A stretch of DNA of 38,542 nt. Origin: Candidatus Bathyarchaeia archaeon. GTDB lineage: Archaea > Thermoproteota > Bathyarchaeia > Bathyarchaeales > Bathycorpusculaceae. This document shows, piece after piece, positions 27,345 to 36,535 of this stretch. The first letter of the stretch is position 1, and every line of letters begins with the position of its first letter. A program made the translations under genes and the position numbers. The notes beneath the pieces were generated by a model. That model made no database searches and was not told the DNA's origin. It saw only the letters and a list, made by a program, of their open reading frames with translations. The stretch covers positions 1-38,542 of the forward strand of contig JAVZLH010000010.1 in the NCBI GenBank assembly GCA_038883855.1, given 5' to 3'.

Positions 27345-27850
27345 TTGCTCATCTCCTTTTTGACTTTTTCAACAAGTCTCACATAGTCAGCGTGCACCGT
27401 TATGGGTAGGGTGAAAGTTGCTTCCAAAAGTTCTAGAGTTACTTCCTCTTTTGTTCTGTCAATCCTTGTGATTTTCGCCTTCATCCCCTTAAACGGTCCA
27501 CTTATAACCTCAACAATATCTTCCTCGTTAAGTTCCTCCACAACAGGTTTTACGGAAACGTACTGTTCAATTTTAGAAAATTCAACAACACCTGGCGCCC
27601 TCGATCTCAAATGTTTTATTCCCTTTATGGCTTCCTCAACATAGTGGGGGCCTTCCGCCTCGATAAAAACATAGCCCTTTAACGGCTCTGGAACAAGAAC
27701 AGCCTTTATTCTCTTCTTAAGCTCTTGGTCCATTTCAACTTTCGCCGCTATGAGGTTCGCCACATTCTTTTCTTGGCCTGTGGTGGTTCGGACTGAGAAT
27801 ATGGCTGGAGGGGGTTTTTCCCTTCCATACTTGAGATATTTTTTGCTCAT
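27341..27850 (-). CDS. spt5: Transcription elongation factor Spt5 (NusG)
   Basis: NGN domain [18 protein letters not shown]; KOW motif [10 protein letters not shown]. Confidence 0.97.
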   Translation of the reverse strand: MSKKYLKYGREKPPPAIFSVRTTTGQEKNVANLIAAKVEMDQELKKRIKAVLVPEPLKGYVFIEAEGPHYVEEAIKGIKHLRSRAPGVVEFSKIEQYVSVKPVVEELNEEDIVEVISGPFKGMKAKITRIDRTKEEVTLELLEATFTLPITVHADYVRLVEKVKKEMSK

Positions 27851-27897
27851 ATATTATGCACGTCACCGCTTTAGGGTGAACAGATACATCATCCGCT
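27847..27897 (-). promoter_or_regulatory. Structured 5' leader of spt5: box C/D-like motifs and an SD-sequestering hairpin
   Basis: Minus strand GGATGATGT-atctgttcacc-CTAA-a-GCGGTGA-cgtgcataatat-ATGA; TCACC pairs with GGTGA. Confidence 0.4.
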
Positions 27898-28076
27898 TCT
27901 TTAAACTTTTCTTTAATTAGTTTAATATGTTTATATGGGCGGGCAGAGCGTATTAACATTAACGTTGTTGAAAAGGTATATTTATCAATAAGCTGTTAAG
28001 GTATGTTTCATTGTTTGGAAAAGAGTAAATATAATAACCGAACTGGTGTACTGTAGGAATGGAGACGTGAACGGTA

Positions 28077-28454
28077 ATGGAGCATAACTACGCGGAGTTT
28101 CTGGAGAAAGAAGGACTCGTTACTCGGAAGTGTAGAGAGCTGACTCCGGAGGAGAAAGAGCAGCTTGCAAACGAGAAAATCTCACCCGAAGGGGTGAAGT
28201 ATTGTTGGACGGAGCAAAAACCATTAAGCGAATGGACAACGGAGCAGTTGCAAACAGTAATGCAATTAATTGACAAGGAAGTTGAAGAAAAAATACAATT
28301 TCTAAACGACCTTCACAAGCAGTTAACGGAATCAAAAGACTTGAAGGTTGCTGCAAAACTCCAGGATGAGATTCAGTTAACAGGGCGGTTGATAGCAATA
28401 AAAGAAAAGAAACTGGAAGAACTGAATAGAGAATTAAGGAAAAGGCAAAAGTAA
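28077..28454 (+). CDS. Hypothetical protein with C-terminal coiled coil
   Basis: 125-aa E/K/L/Q-rich ORF, GGAG upstream, fills the intergenic gap; no family recognised. Confidence 0.75.
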   Translation: MEHNYAEFLEKEGLVTRKCRELTPEEKEQLANEKISPEGVKYCWTEQKPLSEWTTEQLQTVMQLIDKEVEEKIQFLNDLHKQLTESKDLKVAAKLQDEIQLTGRLIAIKEKKLEELNRELRKRQK

Positions 28455-28458
28455 ACGC

Positions 28459-29256
28459 CTATTTAACACGGCGAAGGACGATTTTGTCGCCAATTTTCGC
28501 CTTAAAAGTTTTTGCAGCATTTCCTTGATTTACTGAAATTTCAAGAAAATTGTGGCTTCCAATGATGGCTAGGGGCTTTTGCGGTTCAACTTCCGAATAG
28601 GCTTTGCACACTTTAAGTCTTAAATCCACATTTTTAAGGCGAACTTCAACAACTTCTTTGTCGCCGAGTTTTTCAAAATCTTCTTTCGAGAAATTTGTGA
28701 TGATGTTTCCGAAACCATCGATATGTAAAACTTCGCCTATTAAGGAGTTCTGCTTTATTACAACCTTTGCGAATTCTGGTATGGCAATGTCATGGGTTTG
28801 TGGACCAAAATCTGCTGGTGATGTTCCGTTTGCTAAGTGGGCTGCTGCAGGCGCAAATACATCTCTTCCATGGAAAGTGTTTGATATTTTTGGAAGCATC
28901 AGCTTACTGTTCGCTATTTCATATATGTGTTTTATACATTGTTTCGTTGCAGCCAAAGCCAAAACACCGTTGTCCGGTCCTATATAGAAGCACTGTTCCG
29001 TCTCTATAAGTATAGGTTTTCTTTTTGTTCCAACGCCGGGGTCAACAACCGCCACATGAATTGTTCCTTTTGGAAAGTAGGGGGCTGCCGAAGCCAGAAT
29101 AAAGGCGCCCATCTTCACGTTAAATTTTTCTATTTCATGGCTTATGTCCACGATTGTTGCGTTTGGGCATATACCCAATATTACGGCTTTCATTTCAGCA
29201 ACGTATGGGTCTCGCAGCCCAAAATCTGTTGTTAAGGTAATAATCGTAGGAGCCAT
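28459..29256 (-). CDS. SAM hydroxide adenosyltransferase (DUF62, chlorinase/fluorinase family)
   Basis: ITLTTDFG..D.YV, DISH, VVDPGVGTKR, GPDNG, SNTFHGRDVF, IDGFGN, LEISVN. Confidence 0.93.
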   Translation of the reverse strand: MAPTIITLTTDFGLRDPYVAEMKAVILGICPNATIVDISHEIEKFNVKMGAFILASAAPYFPKGTIHVAVVDPGVGTKRKPILIETEQCFYIGPDNGVLALAATKQCIKHIYEIANSKLMLPKISNTFHGRDVFAPAAAHLANGTSPADFGPQTHDIAIPEFAKVVIKQNSLIGEVLHIDGFGNIITNFSKEDFEKLGDKEVVEVRLKNVDLRLKVCKAYSEVEPQKPLAIIGSHNFLEISVNQGNAAKTFKAKIGDKIVLRRVK

Positions 29257-29323
29257 GCCACATCACACTTTTATAATCGGTTAAAATAATTAGCTTTTTT
29301 CACATACGCAAGGAGACCAGCAA

Positions 29324-30049
29324 ATGTCAGTTCATGTGCAGTTAGGAACAAAAGAGTTAGCTTTAGCAGCCATTTTCACGGCGTTATATGTTGTCTTGGG
29401 AGCTTTGAAAATTTCTCCAATAATCGGTTTACCAGGTCAAGGTATTACCGCAGCCGCTATTATCGCTCCAATAATAGGCATAATTTTTGGACCATACGTA
29501 GGAGTGTTATCCACGTTTCTGGGCGGGGTAATTGGCATTTCCCTTGGTTATTTTTCTCAATTGAGCCTTGCTTCGGGCGTTACCGCAGCCTTATGCAGCG
29601 GCATGACTGCAATGGGTAGAAGGATTGCGTCAATCATTGTTTATTTCTGCCTTTTGCTTATTTTCGCCTTTTATCCAGTTATCGGCCCCGCATGGCTGTA
29701 TCCACAGTACTTGTGGTTTCAAATAATCGGTTTCATCATCCTAATTTCGCCCTTGCAATCCTTAGCCGTAAAAATTATCAAAACGGATGATGGTTCGATG
29801 CTTTTTTACACTTTCTTTATAACATCTTTAACTTCAACACTTGCTGGGCAAATAGCTGGATCAACAATTTATGAGCTTATTATCTCATCCGACCTAAGTG
29901 GAGCGTTGGGTACATGGTTGGCTACGGTTTTTCTTTACCCAACAGAAAGAGTGATTATTGCAATTGTTTCAGCTGTAATAGGATCAGTTCTTTTTAAGGT
30001 TCTGAAGAACGCAAATCTTTTGACCTTTTCGAATAGCCCACATCGCTAA
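29324..30049 (+). CDS. Membrane protein, ECF transporter S-component-like
   Basis: TKELALAAIFTALY, IGIIFGPYVG, multiple TM helices; substrate unknown. Confidence 0.65.
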   Translation: MSVHVQLGTKELALAAIFTALYVVLGALKISPIIGLPGQGITAAAIIAPIIGIIFGPYVGVLSTFLGGVIGISLGYFSQLSLASGVTAALCSGMTAMGRRIASIIVYFCLLLIFAFYPVIGPAWLYPQYLWFQIIGFIILISPLQSLAVKIIKTDDGSMLFYTFFITSLTSTLAGQIAGSTIYELIISSDLSGALGTWLATVFLYPTERVIIAIVSAVIGSVLFKVLKNANLLTFSNSPHR

Positions 30050-30800
30050 GAAAAGCGCTCATGAATATGCACTCGTTATGGGGCATTGCCATGTCTTCAG
30101 CGCCGTATAAGCCGTCATCAAAACTGACTGGGGCGTCTTTAACCAACACCACTGGAGTTTTTTCAGCTGCTTCACCCATCATCAAGTGGGCGGCAGAAGC
30201 CAAATTATCCGCCACAGCATGTTGTGTAATAATTAGCGTTTTCCCGTAAAGGTCCCTTCGACTTCGGCAGTCTTCTACTGGTTTGAATCCTGCAACAGCC
30301 AAAGCCACGCCAACAGTTCCTCTTCTTAACGGCGCCAGTCCGCTGTCAATAATCAAAACTGCGACAACTTTACCAGTCTTACGCTTTATTTCTTCCCTAA
30401 TTTGTTTGGCAACTTCTTTGGCGTTTTTAGGCCACAAAGCCACATAGCCCAATGGGGCGTTTTTGTTGTCTATGCCCGCGTTGGCTGTTAACATTCCGTT
30501 TTTGAGGGTTAAAACAGCTTTTTCGACTCCTCCATAAACTTTTTCTGCCTCTTGTAACAGCAGCTCTGCAAGTTCGGGTTGAAGCGAAAACTTTTCGGCA
30601 AGCTCCTTCGCTTTTTCTGAAGGCTTAACTTCGCTTAGCTTAACAAGGCGTCCTTCGGCATAAGCCACTATTTTTGATGTCAAAACCAAGATGTCGTTGT
30701 TTTCAAGCGGAATGTTTTGTTTCTTTAACGCTTCGAGAACGATGTCGACAAGGTTATCGCCGACCTTTACAAGCCTCGTTTTGACGGCATACAGCCTCAT
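29994..30800 (-). CDS. cofE: Coenzyme F420-0:L-glutamate ligase family
   Basis: DILVLTSKIVAYAEGR, ANAGIDNKN, IIDS...RRG, DLYG, ADNLASAA..MGE..E.TP. Confidence 0.88.
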   Translation of the reverse strand: MRLYAVKTRLVKVGDNLVDIVLEALKKQNIPLENNDILVLTSKIVAYAEGRLVKLSEVKPSEKAKELAEKFSLQPELAELLLQEAEKVYGGVEKAVLTLKNGMLTANAGIDNKNAPLGYVALWPKNAKEVAKQIREEIKRKTGKVVAVLIIDSGLAPLRRGTVGVALAVAGFKPVEDCRSRRDLYGKTLIITQHAVADNLASAAHLMMGEAAEKTPVVLVKDAPVSFDDGLYGAEDMAMPHNECIFMSAFLSDVGYSKRSKDLRSSEP

Positions 30801-30806
30801 ACACGC

Positions 30807-31091
30807 TTATCCCCCATGGATAACTGGAACAAAAACCACCTCATCCCCTTCTCTAACAACAGTTTCTAATCCTTTTAAAACGCTGATTTCCTTTCCGTTG
30901 ACGAGTATTAGCGCGTTGGGTCTTGGGTCTTGGAGTTCTGGGTCGATTAAGACTCTTTTAAGTTTGGGCTGTTGCTTAACAATTTTCTTTACCAACTCCC
31001 TCAGCGATGTTTCACCTTCGATTTTTATGGTAAGCCTTTCTTTGCCTGAAATTCCTCGTAAAGCCCCAACAAACTTAACGGTGACAACCAT
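30807..31091 (-). CDS. Ubiquitin-like MoaD/ThiS/SAMP protein
   Basis: Beta-grasp pattern VTVKF..., ILVNG.EI..L.GLET, GDEV, C-terminal GG; likely ATG at 31091. Confidence 0.92.
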   Translation of the reverse strand: MVVTVKFVGALRGISGKERLTIKIEGETSLRELVKKIVKQQPKLKRVLIDPELQDPRPNALILVNGKEISVLKGLETVVREGDEVVFVPVIHGG

Positions 31092-31110
31092 TACTCTAGG
31101 CTCCGCTTTG

Positions 31111-32487
31111 TTATACGACAACTATCACTGTAATGTCATTAACGTTTGTCCCCGTGGGTCCAGTGAAGATTAAGTCGCCTAATTCCTCGAAGAACTTGTA
31201 GGAGTTGTTTTCAGCCAAAAACTCTTGGGGGCTTAATTCAGCTTTAGTTGCTTTGACCAGGGTTTTTCCGTCAACTATTGCCCCAGCAGCGTCTGTTGGT
31301 CCGTCAACGCCGTCCGTGCTCAACGAAGCCAAAACAACACCGTCCATCCCCTCCAGTTTTAATGCGGCTGCCAACGCTAACTCTTGGTTTCTTCCGCCAA
31401 CACCCTTTCCAGTAACGGTTACCGTTGTTTCCCCGCCCGCTATAATTCCAGCTGGTTTTGAGATTGGATTTCCGTACAAGAAGGTTTCATGGGCTATTGT
31501 GGCAAGCATTGTTCCAATGTGTCTGGCTTCGCCTTCCATCGTCGTTGTCAGCAGAAGCGTGTTTAAACCATCCTTTCTTAGCTGTTCGCACACTGCCAAG
31601 CTTGCAAACCTGTTATTTCCAACAACTACATTGAAAACTTTCTTGAATGCTTCATCTGAAGCCTTCGGAGTTTCGGGAATTTTCCCCCCTTCGCCGTCCA
31701 GCAAAACTTTTTTGATGGATGCTGGAGTTTTGTCCCATAAACCATAATTCTTCAGAATTTTTATGGCGTCGCTGAATGTTGTTGAGTCTGGAACTGTTGG
31801 TCCAGAAGCGATGAAATCCAGCGGGTCGCCCACAACATCTGAGAGGATTAGGTTTAATATCGTTGCTGGGTAAGCCTTTTTTGCAAGCCATCCGCCCTTG
31901 AAATCTGAAATATGTTTTCTAACGGTGTTTATCTCCTTTATCGTCGCTCCACATTTGAGTAAGGCATTGGTGATTTCCCTTTTGTCGCTTAGGGAGATTT
32001 CGCCTCGGGGCAAGGGCATGAGGCTTGAGCCTCCGCCTGAAATTAGGCATATGATTAAGTCGTTTTCCCCTGCTTTTTCAGCTATTTCAAGCATGCGCCG
32101 TGTTCCTTCCATTCCCGCCTCGTCTGGAACCGGATGGCTTGCACCGTGAATTTCTATAATTTCCGTTTTGTGTTTGCTTCCATGTGGAACGTTGATAACT
32201 CCAGCCGTTATGCGTTCAGCTAAAATTTTTTCTAGGGCTTCTGCCATTGCACCGCTGGCTTTTCCGCCACCTATAACGTAAACGTTCTTGAACTTTTTTA
32301 AATCAAACTCATATCCGTTAACAAGAAGCTTCGAGCCTTTCAGCAGAACCCTTGATTTTATTATTTGTTTTGGGTCAACAGCTCTTAAGGCGTTTTCAAA
32401 ACTGTTCAGGACTATGGCTCTGGCTTTTCGGTCAAGGTCAGTTTGACCATTTTCTATGAGTTTTTCTTTGTTCTTTACAGTTGCCAT
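31111..32487 (-). CDS. Glycerate 2-kinase (MOFRL family)
   Basis: GGGKAS, ASHPVP, LISGGGSSL, EINTVRKH, SDVVGD..IASGPT, GGETTV, GGRNQE, TDGVDG, TGTNVND. Confidence 0.95.
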   Translation of the reverse strand: MATVKNKEKLIENGQTDLDRKARAIVLNSFENALRAVDPKQIIKSRVLLKGSKLLVNGYEFDLKKFKNVYVIGGGKASGAMAEALEKILAERITAGVINVPHGSKHKTEIIEIHGASHPVPDEAGMEGTRRMLEIAEKAGENDLIICLISGGGSSLMPLPRGEISLSDKREITNALLKCGATIKEINTVRKHISDFKGGWLAKKAYPATILNLILSDVVGDPLDFIASGPTVPDSTTFSDAIKILKNYGLWDKTPASIKKVLLDGEGGKIPETPKASDEAFKKVFNVVVGNNRFASLAVCEQLRKDGLNTLLLTTTMEGEARHIGTMLATIAHETFLYGNPISKPAGIIAGGETTVTVTGKGVGGRNQELALAAALKLEGMDGVVLASLSTDGVDGPTDAAGAIVDGKTLVKATKAELSPQEFLAENNSYKFFEELGDLIFTGPTGTNVNDITVIVVV

Positions 32488-32564
32488 TGGGATACCAGTA
32501 CTGTGCGTAACTGTAATAAGTCACTATTAATAAAAGAATTTCCAAAATTGTTGGAAGTAGCCGT

Positions 32565-33569
32565 ATGGCAAAACCGAAAGTCTATGTCACACGAGAGCTT
32601 CCAGAAAGAGGCTTAAAAATAATAATGGAACACTTTGACGCTGAAGTTTGGAAAGAGTATGGGCCACCGCCAAAGAAAGTCATAATTGAAAAGGCTAGGA
32701 ACGTTGACGCTTTCGCCACACTTCTATCCGACAAAATAGACGCTGAAGTTTTTGACGCCGCACCGAACTTGAAGATTATTGCACAGATGGCTGTGGGCTT
32801 CGACAACATTGACGTGCAAGAAGCAACCAAAAGAGGAATTTACGTGACAAACACCCCCGAGGTTCTAACAGATACAACAGCAGACTTCGCATGGGCTTTG
32901 CTAATGGCTGTTGCGAGGCGGGTTGTTGAAGCAGACAAATACGTGCGTACTGGTCAATGGAAGGTTGACTGGCGTCCCAACATGTTGCTGGGCAGAGATG
33001 TTCACGGTGCAACAATTGGTATAGTTGGTGCTGGAAGAATCGGTTATGCGGTGGCAAAAAGGGCAAAGGGTTTCAACATGAAAATATTGTATTACGATGT
33101 TGTTCCAAAACCAGAGATGGAAAAAGAATTAAACGCCAAACGTGTTGACTTGGACACGCTCTTAAAAGAAGCAGACTTCGTGAGCATCCATGTTCCATTA
33201 ACAAAGGAGACATACCACCTAATAAACGCGGAAAAGCTTAGGCTAATGAAGAAGACAGCTTACCTCATAAACAATGCACGAGGCCCGGTTGTCGACGAAA
33301 AAGCCCTCTACGAAGCTTTGAAGGATGGACGGATAGCTGGCGCTGGGCTTGATGTTTTCGAGCAAGAACCTACACCAGTGGATAATCCTCTTTTGAAGCT
33401 TGACAATGTTGTTGTCGCACCACATATTTCCAGTGCGAGCTACGAAACACGGTCAAAGATGGCTGAAATGGTTGCGAATAATCTAGTGGCGTTCTTTGAG
33501 GGACGAAAGCCGCCGAACCTCGTCAATCCAGAGGTAATGAAAGTTCGGCCATTACCGAAACCTCAGTAA
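32565..33569 (+). CDS. gyaR: Glyoxylate/hydroxypyruvate reductase (D-2-hydroxyacid dehydrogenase)
   Basis: AVGFDNID, NTPEVLT, GAGRIG, NNARG, LDVFEQEP, PHISSA. Confidence 0.92.
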   Translation: MAKPKVYVTRELPERGLKIIMEHFDAEVWKEYGPPPKKVIIEKARNVDAFATLLSDKIDAEVFDAAPNLKIIAQMAVGFDNIDVQEATKRGIYVTNTPEVLTDTTADFAWALLMAVARRVVEADKYVRTGQWKVDWRPNMLLGRDVHGATIGIVGAGRIGYAVAKRAKGFNMKILYYDVVPKPEMEKELNAKRVDLDTLLKEADFVSIHVPLTKETYHLINAEKLRLMKKTAYLINNARGPVVDEKALYEALKDGRIAGAGLDVFEQEPTPVDNPLLKLDNVVVAPHISSASYETRSKMAEMVANNLVAFFEGRKPPNLVNPEVMKVRPLPKPQ

Positions 33570-33645
33570 TTTTTACAATAAATTTGCTATAATGGTTAAA
33601 TATGCCAAAATTTGTCTATGATTGGGCTTCCAATAGGTGGTTTAA

Positions 33646-34818
33646 TTGAGCGGCATTTTCGCAAAAAGAATGAGCGCGCTTGGAACAGAAACAGCCTTTG
33701 AAGTCCTCGCAAAAGCCAAGGCGCTTGAAAAACAAGGAAAAGACATCATACACCTGGAAATTGGCGAACCAGATTTTGACACGCCGAAAAACATCAAGGA
33801 AGCAGCGGTGAAAGCCCTCTACGCTGGATACACCCACTACGTCCCAGCCGCAGGAATTCCGGAACTCAGAGAAGCAATTGCAGAATACATTTCAAAAACT
33901 AGAAGAATAGATGTTGACCCAGAAGAGGTTGTGGTTACGCCGGGCGCGAAACCAATAATGTTCTTTGCTATACTCGCGTTGGTAAACCCTGGCGATGAGG
34001 TTATGTACCCAAACCCTGGCTTCCCAATATATGAATCTCTAATAAACTTTGTCGATGCCAAACCAGTTCCTATACCGCTAAAAGAGGAAAACGACTTCAG
34101 AATGGACCCAGAATATGTTAAGGAAAAAATAACGAAGAAAACAAAAATGATTATTTTGAATTCACCCGAAAACCCCACGGGAGGCGTTTTAACCAAAGAA
34201 GACATAAAAGTTGTTGCCGACTGCATTGCGAACAGAGACGATGTTTTCGTGCTTTCAGACGAGGTTTACAGCAGAATAATCTATGAAGGTGAAAACGAAA
34301 GCATAGCGTCACTTCCAGGAATGAAAGAAAAAACCATAATTTTGGATGGTTTTTCAAAAACCTATGCGATGACCGGTTGGAGGCTTGGCTACGGTGTTAT
34401 GCGAAAAGACCTGGCCCAAAAAATAGCTCAACTCATGATAAACTCTAACTCCTGTACATGTGCCTTTATACAGATGGCTGGTTTAGAGGCTTTGAAAGGA
34501 CCGCAAAAAGAATCGGACAAAATGGTTGCAGAATTCAAGAAGAGGCGAGATGTCATAGTTGACGGCTTAAACAAAATTAAAGGTATAACGTGCAAAAAAC
34601 CGTATGGAGCCTTCTATGTTTTCCCAAACATAACTGGAACAGGTATGGACTGCCGCAAATTAGGAGACTACTTGCTTAACGAAGCTGGTGTAGCCGTCTT
34701 GCCAGGAACAGCTTTTGGGCAATATGGTGAGGGTTATCTGCGCATGTCCTTTGCAAACTCTATCGAAAACATTAAGAAGGCACTAGAGCGGATAGGCGAA
34801 GCTCTCCAAAAATTGTAA
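33646..34818 (+). CDS. Class I/II PLP-dependent aminotransferase (aspartate aminotransferase-like)
   Basis: IGEPDF, NSPENPTG, SDEVY, FSKTYAMTGWRLG, GAFY. Confidence 0.93.
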   Translation: MSGIFAKRMSALGTETAFEVLAKAKALEKQGKDIIHLEIGEPDFDTPKNIKEAAVKALYAGYTHYVPAAGIPELREAIAEYISKTRRIDVDPEEVVVTPGAKPIMFFAILALVNPGDEVMYPNPGFPIYESLINFVDAKPVPIPLKEENDFRMDPEYVKEKITKKTKMIILNSPENPTGGVLTKEDIKVVADCIANRDDVFVLSDEVYSRIIYEGENESIASLPGMKEKTIILDGFSKTYAMTGWRLGYGVMRKDLAQKIAQLMINSNSCTCAFIQMAGLEALKGPQKESDKMVAEFKKRRDVIVDGLNKIKGITCKKPYGAFYVFPNITGTGMDCRKLGDYLLNEAGVAVLPGTAFGQYGEGYLRMSFANSIENIKKALERIGEALQKL

Positions 34819-34826
34819 AGTTGTTT

Positions 34827-35216
34827 TTAACTTTCTGCTTTTTCTCCAGTTAGTACCTCGACTATGTCGGAGGCTATTTGCACCAAGTTGTCAGCTTGCT
34901 TCATGATTTTTTCTCCGTCTATTTCTTCCAGTTGCGCCAGTTGCTGCATCATTGCTTCTATTTCCAATAAAAAACTTAAAATAGGGTCTGTTATGGCTTG
35001 TCCTTGCGTTTTTTCGTAGGCTTCTCTTATGGCGATTTCGATGAAGGCTGGTTCTCCGAGGCTGTAGTATATGGCATTTCGTGCCTTTCTAATAGCTTCT
35101 ATAACTAGGCTTGGAGCCATGTAGGGCATTCTTTTTGCGGCTTCAAGCTCCGACTTTGCTTCACGCAAATATCTGAGCGCCCAACCTTTTCTATAGTTGT
35201 CCATCATAATCATCAT
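34827..35216 (-). CDS. Hypothetical helical protein, possibly HEPN-like
   Basis: WALRYLREAKSELEAA resembles a HEPN first helix; no RxxxxH motif. Confidence 0.65.
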   Translation of the reverse strand: MMIMMDNYRKGWALRYLREAKSELEAAKRMPYMAPSLVIEAIRKARNAIYYSLGEPAFIEIAIREAYEKTQGQAITDPILSFLLEIEAMMQQLAQLEEIDGEKIMKQADNLVQIASDIVEVLTGEKAES

Positions 35217-35261
35217 CGCCTCTTTAACGCCCTTAACAAAATGTTAAAGGTTATAATAAAG

Positions 35262-35486
35262 TTACTCACCTTCTTGTGCAGTTTCACTTGAAAAGGCTGT
35301 CTGCAACCCGCCAAAGACATGTGTGATGTACCCAGCTATCTGGTTCCTAACCTTCGGGGTTGTGCCCTGCACAAGTTTGCTGACCATTTGTTTGTTTTTT
35401 TCAAAGTCGCTGGAAAATCTATCGGGGAAGCGTCTAATAAGCTCCTTAGCTACTCGCTTGATCTGCTCTGTTCGCACGTTTCCCAA
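35262..35486 (-). CDS. rps17e: 30S ribosomal protein eS17
   Basis: GNVRTEQIKR..F..DFEKNK..VRNQIAGYIT; likely TTG start at 35486. Confidence 0.96.
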   Translation of the reverse strand: MGNVRTEQIKRVAKELIRRFPDRFSSDFEKNKQMVSKLVQGTTPKVRNQIAGYITHVFGGLQTAFSSETAQEGE

Positions 35487-35550
35487 ACTCGCACGCCCAC
35501 TAACCCTCATCTAATTAAGGATGCAATGATGCAGACCTTCAATAAAAAGA

Positions 35551-36330
35551 TTAATTTAAATTTATCCCAAAAAATTCCTCAAAATTTTTGGCTATTCGTT
35601 CTGAAACGTCAATTTCGCTCATCTTTTTGACTTCAGCTATGGCTTTAACAACTGTTGGAATAAAAGCAGGTGTGGTCATTTTTCCGTCAAAAGGCTTTTT
35701 CCAATAGCGCACCGGTCCGTCAGTCTCCGTTAACAAGTTTTCCAACGGTATCCGCCTAACAACTTCACGTATACCGTTGGAGTAAACTACGGGCGGGCCT
35801 TCGGTGATATAATAGCCATTTTCCACTGCTTTTGATAAGACGCTTATTGGATTGCTGAACCAGTGTAACAGTACTTTTTTAACGTTGTAAGATGGAAGCA
35901 TTTCAACAATTTGTGCTGTAGTGCCTCTTGAGTGAATTATAGTTGGCAAGTCAAGTTTTTCAGCTAATCTTAACATTTCGTTGAAAACCGTAAGTTGTTT
36001 ATCCCAAACGTCTGCGTATTTATAGTCCAAACCAACCTCGCCTATAGCTATAACTGCCTTATTCTGTTTCTGCTCTAAAATCAACTTCACAGTTTTTTGG
36101 AGTTCGCTTCCCTCTAAGGCTTTGACATTCCATGGGTGAATGCCTAAAGCAGCATAAACCGTTCCCTTAAACCGCTCAGCAAGCTTTAAACTGCCCATAC
36201 ATGTTTCAAAGTTCATGGAGTTTGAAACCAAAGCAACGACGTTATAGTTTTTCGCTTCTGCAATTAAATTGTCAATTTTATCAAAATATTCTTCGTCGGA
36301 TAAATGTATGTGAGCATCGACGAATTTCAT
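35551..36330 (-). CDS. tatD: TatD family hydrolase
   Basis: DAHIH, GIHPW, IGEVGLD, IHSR, HWF, ETDGP. Confidence 0.93.
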   Translation of the reverse strand: MKFVDAHIHLSDEEYFDKIDNLIAEAKNYNVVALVSNSMNFETCMGSLKLAERFKGTVYAALGIHPWNVKALEGSELQKTVKLILEQKQNKAVIAIGEVGLDYKYADVWDKQLTVFNEMLRLAEKLDLPTIIHSRGTTAQIVEMLPSYNVKKVLLHWFSNPISVLSKAVENGYYITEGPPVVYSNGIREVVRRIPLENLLTETDGPVRYWKKPFDGKMTTPAFIPTVVKAIAEVKKMSEIDVSERIAKNFEEFFGINLN

Positions 36331-36431
36331 GTTTACATCACTTATGAGCATAAAACATCGTCTTTAATGCTTTTATAATTTCCCTCGTAAATCAGAATGG
36401 TTTTAAGATGTAATTTTGGAATGAAAGAAAT

Positions 36432-36471
36432 CGGTGGGATTTTAACAATAAACATTAAATCAAAGCCACCG
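36432..36471 (-). terminator. Imperfect hairpin followed by a pyrimidine tract, possible terminator
   Basis: CGGTGG/CCACCG and GATTT/AAATC arms; minus strand continues ATTTCTTTC. Confidence 0.3.
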
Positions 36472-36535
36472 TCTGCTCTCTAAAACTAAAAATACGCCTA
36501 AATCAAAATTTTTCAGAGAAGATCTTTTGCCCGTT

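Noticed and set aside
27858-27884. Resemblance of the spt5 leader (CUGUUCACCCUAAAGCGGUGACGUG) to the 23S rRNA A-loop/H92 region
   Set aside because: The match is short and recalled from memory, and the H92 stem cannot form here, so chance is not excluded
36340-36460. Short minus-strand ORF MFIVKIPP... upstream of tatD
   Set aside because: No SD or motif, and it overlaps the probable tatD promoter and the hairpin
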